From Elusimicrobiota bacterium (GTDB taxonomy: Bacteria; Elusimicrobiota; Elusimicrobia; UBA1565; UBA9628), in the NCBI GenBank assembly GCA_016182905.1, contig JACPFR010000052.1, positions 6,739 to 70,738 on the forward strand: a stretch of DNA of 64,000 nucleotides, written 5' to 3'. Of this stretch, positions 35,053-42,196 are shown in pieces. How positions within the stretch are numbered: position 1 is the stretch's first letter; every line of letters begins with the position of its first letter. The position numbers and the translations under genes were made by a program. The notes under the pieces are model-generated. The model was not told the DNA's origin. It searched no databases and saw only the letters and a program-made list of their open reading frames with translations.

Positions 35053-35883
35053 ATGAAGATCAATCTTTACATCGGCGCGATCCGCAAGGCGGCGGCGTTC
35101 ATCAAGAAGCGGGCCCCCGGCTTCACGCCCGACGTCGGCTTCGTCCTCGGCTCTGGCCTGGCGAAGGCCGTCCCTCCGCTCGAGAAGACCTTGACCATCC
35201 CCTACCGCGAGATCCCGGGCTTCCCGCGCACCACGGTCCCCGGCCACGAGGGCAAGCTCATCCTGGGCCGCTCCGCCGGGCGCTCGGTCGTCGTCATGCA
35301 GGGCCGCTTCCATTACTACGAGGGCCACGCGATGGAGGACATCGCGCTCCCCATCCGCGCCCTCGAGTACCTGGGCCTCAAGACCTTGATCGTGACCGCG
35401 GCCGTCGGCTCGATGCGCGAGAAGGTCAAGCCCGGCCACTTCACCGTCATCACCGACCACATCAACCTGATGGGCCGCAACCCGCTTCGCGCGTTCCACG
35501 AGGAAGAGTTCGGGACGATGTTCCCCGACATGACCCAGGCCTACGACGCCAAGCTCAACAAGACGATCCTGGCCGCCTGCCGCAAGCGCAAGGCGGCGGT
35601 GCACGAGGGCGTGTACGTCGCCGTCGGCGGCCCTTCCTACGAGACGCCGGCCGAGATCAAGGCGTTCCGCGCGCTCGGCGGCGACGTGGTCGGGATGTCG
35701 GTCGTGCCCGAGGTGGTCCCCGCGCGGCAGATGGGCCTGACGACCTCCGCGCTCGTGTGGACGTCGAACATGGCGGCGGGCCTGCCCGGCGCGATCCAGA
35801 ACCACGGCGACGTGCTGGCGCTCGGCGCCCGCGTGTCCGACGCCCTGCGCGGCGTCTTGTCCGACCTGATCAAGGTCGTGTAG
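35053..35883 (+). CDS. purine nucleoside phosphorylase (trimeric PNP/PunA type)
   Basis: GFVLGSGL......Y.EIPGFP.TTVPGHEGKL..G......VVVMQGRFHYYEGH......P.R.L..LG...L..TAAVGS... and ...GGD.VGMS.VPEV family blocks. Confidence 0.9.
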   Translation: MKINLYIGAIRKAAAFIKKRAPGFTPDVGFVLGSGLAKAVPPLEKTLTIPYREIPGFPRTTVPGHEGKLILGRSAGRSVVVMQGRFHYYEGHAMEDIALPIRALEYLGLKTLIVTAAVGSMREKVKPGHFTVITDHINLMGRNPLRAFHEEEFGTMFPDMTQAYDAKLNKTILAACRKRKAAVHEGVYVAVGGPSYETPAEIKAFRALGGDVVGMSVVPEVVPARQMGLTTSALVWTSNMAAGLPGAIQNHGDVLALGARVSDALRGVLSDLIKVV

Positions 35884-35888
35884 CGCCC

Positions 35889-37196
35889 ATGCTGTTCCTC
35901 GACATCATCGCCAAGAAGCGCGACGGTGGGAGGCACACGCCCGGCGAGCTCGCCTTCGTCGCCCGCGGCGCGGCGAAAGGGCTCGTCCCCGATTACCAGC
36001 TGTCGGCGTGGCTGATGGCGGTGCTGTGCCGGGGGATGGACGAGAAGGAGACGGTCATGCTGACCCGCGCGATGGCCGATTCCGGCGAGACCCTCGGCCT
36101 CGGCGCGATCAAACGGCCCAAGGCCGACAAGCACTCCACCGGCGGCGTCGGCGACGGCGTGTCCCTGGCGCTCGCCCCCCTCGCGGCCGCCTGCGGCCTG
36201 GCCGTCCCGATGATGTCGGGACGCGGCCTCGGCCACACCGGCGGGACGCTCGACAAGCTCGAGTCCATCGAGGGCTTCCGCGTCCGCCTCGACCTTCCCG
36301 AGATCCGCGCCCAGGTGGCCAAGCACGGCTTCAGCCTGTTCGGCCAGACCGGCACGCTCGCCCCCGCCGACCGCACCTTGTACGCGCTGCGCGACGCGAC
36401 GGCCACCGTCCCCGCGCGCCCGCTGATCGTGGCGAGCATCCTCCCCAAGAAGGCCGCCGAGGAGCTCGACGCTTTGGTGCTCGACGTGAAGGTCGGCTCC
36501 GGCGCCATTTTCCCGGACGCGGCCTCGGCCCGGTCTCTCGCCAAGGCTCTGGTCAAGACCGCCAAGGGCCTCGGCATCCCGACCGTCGCCGTGCTCACCG
36601 CGATGGAGCAGCCCCTCGGACGCTTCGTCGGCAACGCCCTCGAGGTCCGCCAGGCCGTGGAGATCCTCCGCGGCGACGAGGCCGCCGCGGATTACCTGGA
36701 GTGCCTGCTCGCCCTCGGCGGCTGGATGCTCAAGCTCTCGGGCTTGTCGAAGTCCGCGAGCGAAGGCTCGTCGCTCATGCGCTCGAAGATCGCCGACGGC
36801 TCGGGCCTGCGCCTGTTCCGCGACTGCGTGAAGGCCCAGGGCGGCAGCGTCGCCGTGATCGACGACCTCTCCCTCCTGCCGAAGGCCAAGCTCTCCCGTC
36901 CGGTGCTCGCCGCCAAGGCGGGCTTCGTGGCCGCCCTCGACGCGCGCAAGGTCGGCCACGCCGCCGTCCTCCTGGGCGCGGGCCGCGCGTTCAAGGAGCA
37001 GGAGCTCGACTACGGCGCCGGCCTCGAGCTGCTCAAGAAGGTCGGCGACCGCGTCGCGAAGGGCGAGGCGCTCGCCGTCCTCCACGCCGCCGACGGGAAC
37101 AAGCTCGACCTGGGCGAGCGCGAGTATCGCGAGGCCCTCAAGATCTCCCCCAAGGCCGTCCGCCCGAAATCCGTCGTGCTCGAAGTCATCCGGTAA
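35889..37196 (+). CDS. thymidine/pyrimidine-nucleoside phosphorylase
   Basis: II.KKRDG......E......G...G..PDYQ.SAWLMA....GM...E....T.AM..SG......DKHSTGGVGD..SL.LAP..AA.G..V.MMSGRGLGHTGGTLDKLESI.GF. Confidence 0.9.
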   Translation: MLFLDIIAKKRDGGRHTPGELAFVARGAAKGLVPDYQLSAWLMAVLCRGMDEKETVMLTRAMADSGETLGLGAIKRPKADKHSTGGVGDGVSLALAPLAAACGLAVPMMSGRGLGHTGGTLDKLESIEGFRVRLDLPEIRAQVAKHGFSLFGQTGTLAPADRTLYALRDATATVPARPLIVASILPKKAAEELDALVLDVKVGSGAIFPDAASARSLAKALVKTAKGLGIPTVAVLTAMEQPLGRFVGNALEVRQAVEILRGDEAAADYLECLLALGGWMLKLSGLSKSASEGSSLMRSKIADGSGLRLFRDCVKAQGGSVAVIDDLSLLPKAKLSRPVLAAKAGFVAALDARKVGHAAVLLGAGRAFKEQELDYGAGLELLKKVGDRVAKGEALAVLHAADGNKLDLGEREYREALKISPKAVRPKSVVLEVIR

Positions 37197-37207
37197 CCGG
37201 AGGAACC

Positions 37208-37831
37208 ATGCCGAAGCTTTTCGTCAGCGATCATCCGCTCGTCCAGGACAAGCTCTCGCGCCTGCGCGACAGGAACACCAAGCCCGAGGATTTCCGCCGC
37301 CTGATGGCCGAGGTGGCCATGCTGATCGGCTGCGAGGTGCTCAAGGGCGTGCGCACGCGCAAGACGACGGTCCGTACGCCGCTTCAGACCGCGCCGGCCC
37401 TGATCCTCGACCAGCCGCTGACCTTCGTCGCGGTCCTGCGCGCGGGCCTGGGCATGACGCCGGGCCTGCTGGAGCTGGCGCCGAAGGCGTCCATCGGCCA
37501 CATCGGCCTCTACCGCGACGAGAAGACGCTCGAGCCCGTCCAGTACTACGTCCGCCTGCCCAAGAACATCTCGGGGCACTTCGTCGTGCTGTGCGACCCG
37601 ATGCTCGCCACCGGCGGCTCCGCCTCCGAGTCGATCCGCATCCTCAAGGCGCACGGCGCGAAGAACATCGCCCTGCTCACCTTGCTCTCCTCCCGGCGCG
37701 GCGTGGCCCGCATCCACAAGGACCACCCCGACGTCCCGGTGTACACCGCGGTGGTGGACTCCGTCCTCAACGCGAAGGGCTACATCGTCCCCGGCCTCGG
37801 CGATGCCGGCGACCGCCTCTTCAACACCTGA
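37208..37831 (+). CDS. upp: uracil phosphoribosyltransferase
   Basis: DHPLVQDKLS.LRD..T....FR.L..E...L......VAVLRAGLGM......IGHIGLYRDE.TL.PV.YY..LP....G..V.L.DPMLATGGSA......LK..GA..I...YIVPGLGDAGDRLFNT. Confidence 0.93.
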   Translation: MPKLFVSDHPLVQDKLSRLRDRNTKPEDFRRLMAEVAMLIGCEVLKGVRTRKTTVRTPLQTAPALILDQPLTFVAVLRAGLGMTPGLLELAPKASIGHIGLYRDEKTLEPVQYYVRLPKNISGHFVVLCDPMLATGGSASESIRILKAHGAKNIALLTLLSSRRGVARIHKDHPDVPVYTAVVDSVLNAKGYIVPGLGDAGDRLFNT

Positions 37832-37862
37832 TACGAGCCCGCGCTCCTCGTAAGAAATAAAA

Positions 37863-37886
37863 AGCCCCGACCATGAGGTCGGGGCT
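37863..37886 (-). terminator. intrinsic terminator of repeat-peptide gene A (may also stop upp read-through)
   Basis: agccccgacc-atga-ggtcggggct, a 10-bp GC stem. On the minus strand it is followed by TTTTTATTTC. Confidence 0.75.
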
Positions 37887-37907
37887 CACGCTTCGCTGGC
37901 GATCCGC

Positions 37908-38132
37908 TCAGCCGCACTTGTTCGGCCACACGCACGTCGTCACCGGGCCGGACGCGATCACGGGGGCCGGGACGCTCTTGCAAGTCTTGGGCCACACGCA
38001 GGGCTGGAACTGGGCCACGACGGGGGCCGGGGCGGACTTGCACGTGTTCGGCCACACGCAAGGGCGGAACTGGGCGGTGGCCTGAGGGGCCGGCGTCGCC
38101 GTCAGGAACGTCGCTAGAATCAAAGTCATCAT
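37908..38132 (-). CDS. small repeat peptide A (74 aa): hydrophobic N-terminus + three C-V-W-P-x-x-C units
   Basis: MMTLILATFLTATPAPQATA / QFRPCVWPNTCKS / APAPVVA / QFQPCVWPKTCKS / VPAPVIASGPVTT / CVWPNKCG. A strong SD (GGAAGGAGGA) lies 7 nt upstream. The repeats differ at synonymous sites. The gene has its own terminator. Confidence 0.75.
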   Translation of the reverse strand: MMTLILATFLTATPAPQATAQFRPCVWPNTCKSAPAPVVAQFQPCVWPKTCKSVPAPVIASGPVTTCVWPNKCG

Positions 38133-38211
38133 TTTCGTGTCCTCCTTCCTTCTGAAGACAGAGTAACTCTTGCCTCGCGCCGGCCTGGAGGACGCCTGTC
38201 AATTTTGGAAC

Positions 38212-38239
38212 TTGATCCCGCTCACTTGATCGCGCTCAA
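38212..38239. promoter_or_regulatory. two abutting FNR/CRP-like half-conserved boxes upstream of peptide gene A
   Basis: TTGATcccgCTCAC (38212-38225) and TTGATcgcgCTCAA (38226-38239), compared with the consensus TTGAT-N4-ATCAA. They lie 80-107 nt upstream of the ATG at 38132. Confidence 0.4.
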
Positions 38240-38340
38240 TGGTTCGGGCCCTTCCGCGGGGAGCAGGAATTGCGTTTCCCTCCATTTTAGTTCCGCGCCG
38301 GAGGTGAAATGAACCGATACGCAATCGCTGAATTGCCGCC

Positions 38341-38364
38341 GGAACTCGCACCGGTGCGAGTTCC
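38341..38364. repeat. perfect 24-bp palindrome in the spacer between peptide genes A and B
   Basis: ggaactcgcacc|ggtgcgagttcc is self-complementary with no loop. Confidence 0.6.
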
Positions 38365-38390
38365 TCCCTCCTCGCGGCCGGCCAAAGAAG

Positions 38391-38418
38391 GGGAGCCTCC
38401 GAGGGGTCGGAGGCTCCC
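38391..38418 (-). terminator. intrinsic terminator of repeat-peptide gene B
   Basis: gggagcctccga-gggg-tcggaggctccc, a 12-bp stem. On the minus strand it is followed by CTTCTTTGG. Confidence 0.7.
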
Positions 38419-38444
38419 GTACGTCGCGCCGGTTCGAGGTCGGC

Positions 38445-38654
38445 TTACAGAGCGATGAGGCTCGGAGCGGCTTTCTTCTTCCCGCAGGTCTTGGGCCAGA
38501 CGCAGGTCGAGAACTGGGCGACGACCGGGGCCGGGGCGGTTTGGGGCGCGGGAGCGACCCGGCAGGTGTTGGGCCACACGCAGGGACGGAACTGAGCCGT
38601 CTTCGGCGCGGGAGCGGCGTTGAACAGCGAGAGCGTCAGGATGAGGTTGATCAT
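38445..38654 (-). CDS. small repeat peptide B (69 aa): hydrophobic N-terminus + two C-V-W-P-x-x-C units
   Basis: MINLILTLSLFNAAPAPKT / AQFRPCVWPNTCRV / APAPQTAPAPVV / AQFSTCVWPKTCGK / KKAAPSLIAL. ATG at 38654 was chosen within the longer ORF by homology of the N-terminus to peptide C. Confidence 0.7.
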   Translation of the reverse strand: MINLILTLSLFNAAPAPKTAQFRPCVWPNTCRVAPAPQTAPAPVVAQFSTCVWPKTCGKKKAAPSLIAL

Positions 38655-38711
38655 GGAGACAGTGTACTCCGCCCCCGAAAAACCCCCTAGGAGGACGGTC
38701 AATGCCGTCTT

Positions 38712-38725
38712 TTGATGCTCGTCAT
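38712..38725. promoter_or_regulatory. degenerate FNR-like box upstream of peptide gene B
   Basis: TTGATgctcGTCAT. Its centre is 64.5 nt upstream of the ATG, the same spacing as the perfect box upstream of gene C. Confidence 0.3.
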
Positions 38726-38779
38726 TAATGTGCCCGCAATCGGGCCGACACGATCCGTTCAAACGGCGTCATAAAAAGA

Positions 38780-38807
38780 AGAAGACCCCGAGGGGTCGGG
38801 GTCTTCT
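38780..38807 (-). terminator. intrinsic terminator of repeat-peptide gene C
   Basis: agaagaccccga-gggg-tcggggtcttct, a 12-bp stem. On the minus strand it is followed by TCTTTTTAT. Confidence 0.75.
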
Positions 38808-38839
38808 CACGGCGCCGGTTCGAGGTCGGCTTTAAAGTC

Positions 38840-39100
38840 TCAGGCTTTCTTGCCGCACTTGCGCGGGTACACGCAGGTGGTGAACTGGGCGACTTCGACC
38901 ACCGGGGCGGTCTCGGTCTTGCACACGTTCGGCCACACGCAGGGCCGGAACTGGGCGACGGTCACGGGAGCCGGAGCGGTTTGGGTCGCGGGAGCGACCC
39001 GGCACACGTTGGGCCACACGCAGGGCCGGAACTGGGCCGTCTGGGTCGCCGGGGCGGGGTTGAAGGTCGAGAGCGAGAGCGTCAGAATCAGGTTGATCAT
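38840..39100 (-). CDS. small repeat peptide C (86 aa): hydrophobic N-terminus + three C-V-[WY]-P-x-x-C units
   Basis: MINLILTLSLSTFNPAPATQT / AQFRPCVWPNVCRV / APATQTAPAPVTV / AQFRPCVWPNVCKT / ETAPVVEV / AQFTTCVYPRKCGKKA. ATG at 39100. Confidence 0.72.
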   Translation of the reverse strand: MINLILTLSLSTFNPAPATQTAQFRPCVWPNVCRVAPATQTAPAPVTVAQFRPCVWPNVCKTETAPVVEVAQFTTCVYPRKCGKKA

Positions 39101-39157
39101 GCATACAGTATAACGCGCATGATTGTAACTTCCGATGAGATGGGACAACCTGGAAGC

Positions 39158-39171
39158 TTGATGTTTATCAA
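39158..39171. promoter_or_regulatory. perfect FNR/CRP-family palindrome TTGAT-GTTT-ATCAA upstream of peptide gene C
   Basis: An exact match to the FNR consensus TTGAT-N4-ATCAA. It lies between the regulator stop (39231) and the peptide C start (39100). A TATACT hexamer is at 39107-39112 (minus strand). Confidence 0.6.
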
Positions 39172-39230
39172 TTGATCTAGGTCAAAGGTCCTAGATCGGC
39201 TGGGCCGCGGGCCCAGAGGAACTCTGAGCC

Positions 39231-39938
39231 TTAGGACGCAGAACCGGCGAGCGCGCGGAGGCGCTCTTCGGAGAGGATCAGGAGATCCTTCTCCTTCTTG
39301 CGCAGGACGTCGCGCTCCTCGAAGTCCTTGAGCAGGCGCACCGTGGTCTCGATGGTGAGGCCCGCCATCTCGGCGAGATCGCGGCGCTTGATGCCGGCGA
39401 CGATCGGGTAGGGCTTCTTGGGCGCCATCATGCGGATCAAGGTGTCGGCCAGGCGGCCGCGCGCGGGCTTGAAGGCGATGTCGCGCGCCTTGTTCTCGCC
39501 CCGGCGCACGTCCTTGGCGAGCTCCTTGAGCAGGGCGTGGGAGGCGGGCGGATACTTGGCGAGGAAGTTGTAGAAGGTGGTCTTGTCGATCATCGACACG
39601 ATGCTGGGCTCGAGGGCCTCGCCGGTTGCGGTGTAGGCGCCCTCGTCGGAGAGCAAGGTCACATGGCCTAACAGGTCGCCGGGCGACTCGACGCGGGTGG
39701 TGAGCTGCTGGCCGGTGCGGCTCGACTTGTAGACCTTCACCTTGCCCGTGCAGACGACATAGACGCCCTGGGGCATCGCGCCTTCGTGGAAGACCACCTC
39801 GCCGCGCTTGTGCGGGTGCGCGAGGCGGATCTCCCGCCAGGCCTTCTTCGACTCCTTCGTGCCGAGGAGCTCGTAGAAACAGTTCTTCTTAAAGGGGCAC
39901 CAATCGCAATTGGGCGCGTCTCGCTTCGAGTAAGCCAC
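39231..39938 (-). CDS. Crp/Fnr-family transcriptional regulator, FNR-like (N-terminal Cys cluster)
   Basis: N-terminal C11-X2-C14-X5-C20 (NCDWCPFKKNC). A cNMP-binding-like beta-roll follows (FHEGAMPQGVYVVCTGKVKVY......G.LLG). The C-terminal HTH GLTIETTVRLLKDF resembles E. coli FNR GLTVETISRLLGRF. Confidence 0.85.
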   Translation of the reverse strand: MAYSKRDAPNCDWCPFKKNCFYELLGTKESKKAWREIRLAHPHKRGEVVFHEGAMPQGVYVVCTGKVKVYKSSRTGQQLTTRVESPGDLLGHVTLLSDEGAYTATGEALEPSIVSMIDKTTFYNFLAKYPPASHALLKELAKDVRRGENKARDIAFKPARGRLADTLIRMMAPKKPYPIVAGIKRRDLAEMAGLTIETTVRLLKDFEERDVLRKKEKDLLILSEERLRALAGSAS

Positions 39939-39954
39939 AAGTCATTATAGCAAC

Positions 39955-40827
39955 TTAAGAGCGAGGAGGCAGGATGCGCATCTCTTCGGCGCCGCTTTTG
40001 CCCACTCCGGCGCCGGGGAACACCGCGCCGTAGCGGCCCGAGGCGTCGACGCCCCGGGCGACGGTCGCGAGGCTTCCCGACATGGCGGCGCGGGCGCCGT
40101 CGGACCTCAGGAGATGGGCGCCCTCCCACCGGCCGCCGTTCAAGGTCGTGCGCGTCGCGAGCGCGGGGCGTCCCTCGTTGCCGTGCCGCAGTCCTCCCTC
40201 GAGGCGGAACTGGTCGATCGAATGGACTCTCTTAAAGGAAAGGGGCTTCAGCGAGCCGTCCGCAGCGAGCAGGCCGGGGACCGGGAACTGGTAGCCGGCG
40301 GCGGCGCCGTTCCGCCCGGCGCGGCGCACGGAGAGCCGGGCGGAGCCGTCGGGCAGGGCGCGCAAGGTCAGGGCGAAGCGGTCGCCGGGGCGCAGGTAGA
40401 GGTCGTCGGGGGCGCCGACGGCGGGGTTCTGCCAGCCGCCCTTGCTCGTGCGCCAGTACACGCGGTAGGCGAACTCGCCGGTGTCGCGGCCGTCCGCGCC
40501 GTAGACGTGGTCCCAGATCAGGCCGGCGTCGACCTCGGCCCCTTCGGCGTGCAGGCCGAGGTAGACGTCGGGGCGGTCGAGCGGGCCGGATTTATAGGAC
40601 TCCTCTCCGGGGGCGGCGCGGTGCTCGCGCGCGGGGTCGAAGACGGGCTTGGGCAGGACGCCCCAGGCCTCGAGGCCCTCGAACGCGGCGCCCTCGGGCG
40701 AGACGACCTTGCGGAACCACGCCCCGCGGGCTTTCTCGACGATCGCGGACGCGGACGCGGACGCGTATTCGAGCTCTCCGGCCGAGGCCGGCATCACCGC
40801 CGACAGCACGAGGCAGACGAAAGTCAT
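39955..40827 (-). CDS. secreted hypothetical protein
   Basis: Signal-like N-terminus MTFVCLVLSAVMPASA. 290 aa with no recognised motif. Located 16 nt upstream of the regulator gene. Confidence 0.55.
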   Translation of the reverse strand: MTFVCLVLSAVMPASAGELEYASASASAIVEKARGAWFRKVVSPEGAAFEGLEAWGVLPKPVFDPAREHRAAPGEESYKSGPLDRPDVYLGLHAEGAEVDAGLIWDHVYGADGRDTGEFAYRVYWRTSKGGWQNPAVGAPDDLYLRPGDRFALTLRALPDGSARLSVRRAGRNGAAAGYQFPVPGLLAADGSLKPLSFKRVHSIDQFRLEGGLRHGNEGRPALATRTTLNGGRWEGAHLLRSDGARAAMSGSLATVARGVDASGRYGAVFPGAGVGKSGAEEMRILPPRS

Positions 40828-40844
40828 GTCCCCTCCGTTATGTC

Positions 40845-42083
40845 TTAGCGCAGGGCGACGCGGTCGGAGTACTTGGCGACGGTGGAGCGGAAGGCCGGGA
40901 GGTCGCGCACCGCCTCGAGCTCGGTGTCGGTCTTGGCCTGCATCACGAAGCGGCGCAGGTCGTTGGGGCCGGCGCAGGACTTGAAGGACTCGTCGAGGGC
41001 GCGCAGCGCGACGGCGGTCTTGCCGGACATCGCGTAGGCCATGGCGATCTGGTAGTGCGCCGACGGGTTCATCGGGTTCTGCTGCAGGGCCTTCTGCAGG
41101 GAGCGGATGGCGACGTCGGACTGGCCGAGCTTGTTGTAGGCCGTCCCGATTCTTTCATAAACGCCCGCGATCTGCGGCGCGCCCAGGGTGAGGCGCTCTT
41201 GGTCGAGGGACAGGGCCTCGTTGTACGCGGAGACCGCGGACAGGTAGCGGCGGAACTTGAACTCGACGTTGCCCTGGGCGATCTTCTCGAGGACCTCGGC
41301 GTCCTGCGCCGGGGCGGCGGGTTTGGGAGCGGTGTCGCGGACGGCGTCGCGCATCTCCTCGCCGCGGGCGCCGATGTCCGCGACCATCGTGCCGTCCTCG
41401 TCGGATCCGATGCCGAGGGCCTTGCGGGAGGCGCCGTCGGCGATCAGCGGGGCGAAGGCGGGGTCGCGGCGGACGGCCTCGCGCAAAGTCTTGGCCTGGC
41501 CGTTCTTCATGGCCTTGGTCATCGCCAGGTCGATGTTGGAGACCGCCTTGGCGGTGTCGCCCATCTTCAGTCTGAGGCGCGCGGCGTTCATGGGAATCAG
41601 GACCTTGCTCGGGGCGGCCCGGAAGGCCATCTTGTAGGCGTCGAGCGCCTTGTCGTAGGACTGCACGGCCTCGTAGCACAGGGCCATCGAGAAGTACAGG
41701 CGGGAGGCGTCGGGCAGCTCCTTCAGCGACGCGTCGAGGCTCAGGGCCATCGCGTAGGCGTCGATCGCGGACTGGGCGTCGTCGCGGTCGGCGGCCTCGG
41801 TCGAGCCGAGCTTGAAGCCGCGCTGGTAGTGGGCCCAGCCGAGCAGGAAGTAGGTCGAGACCGAGCCTTCCTTGCGCACGGCCTTGTTGAACGTCGAGAT
41901 CGCGGCGGAGGTCTCGCCGGCTTCCAGGTTCGCGAGGCCCGCGGACATCAGGCGCTGGGCCTCGGGGTTGGCCTTCGACTTGGGGGCCTTCTTGGTTTTC
42001 GCGTTCGCCGGAGGGGTGCACAGAAGAGCGGCCAACGCGATGGTGAGGACGGTCCAGCTCGTCTTCGTCATGTTTCTCTTCAT
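40845..42083 (-). CDS. secreted TPR-repeat protein
   Basis: ATG at 42083 gives MKRNMTKTSWTVLTIALAALLCTPPANA (the ORF extends to 42140). Several TPR-like repeats are present (A...Y..AL.L.P....A....G..Y). Confidence 0.72.
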   Translation of the reverse strand: MKRNMTKTSWTVLTIALAALLCTPPANAKTKKAPKSKANPEAQRLMSAGLANLEAGETSAAISTFNKAVRKEGSVSTYFLLGWAHYQRGFKLGSTEAADRDDAQSAIDAYAMALSLDASLKELPDASRLYFSMALCYEAVQSYDKALDAYKMAFRAAPSKVLIPMNAARLRLKMGDTAKAVSNIDLAMTKAMKNGQAKTLREAVRRDPAFAPLIADGASRKALGIGSDEDGTMVADIGARGEEMRDAVRDTAPKPAAPAQDAEVLEKIAQGNVEFKFRRYLSAVSAYNEALSLDQERLTLGAPQIAGVYERIGTAYNKLGQSDVAIRSLQKALQQNPMNPSAHYQIAMAYAMSGKTAVALRALDESFKSCAGPNDLRRFVMQAKTDTELEAVRDLPAFRSTVAKYSDRVALR

Positions 42084-42178
42084 GCCTAAAGTATAGCGGC
42101 GGCCATAGAGGCGCACATGGGGCGCGGGGCCTGGGCCCATCTAGGCCCTTGGGCCTAGGCCGGGGCGGCCGCGTACAG

Positions 42179-42187
42179 TGCTATAAT
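42179..42187 (+). promoter_or_regulatory. extended -10 promoter element (TGcTATAAT) for tRNA-His
   Basis: tgctataat ends 10 nt before the first tRNA nucleotide. Confidence 0.5.
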
Positions 42188-42196
42188 GTCGCCTCT

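Noticed and set aside
38287-38577. 96-aa ORF overlapping the terminator and 3' end of peptide gene B.
   Set aside because: It is Arg/Pro/Gly-rich with no start context. It overlaps a better-supported gene and a terminator hairpin.
37908-39148. Repeated ccacacgca / gaactgggc motifs with regular spacing, considered as a possible CRISPR array or non-coding tandem repeat.
   Set aside because: The repeats are only ~40 nt, imperfect, and differ mainly at third-codon positions while conserving an in-frame peptide motif. Each block has a start codon, a stop codon and a terminator. No cas genes are present. The region was interpreted as coding repeats.
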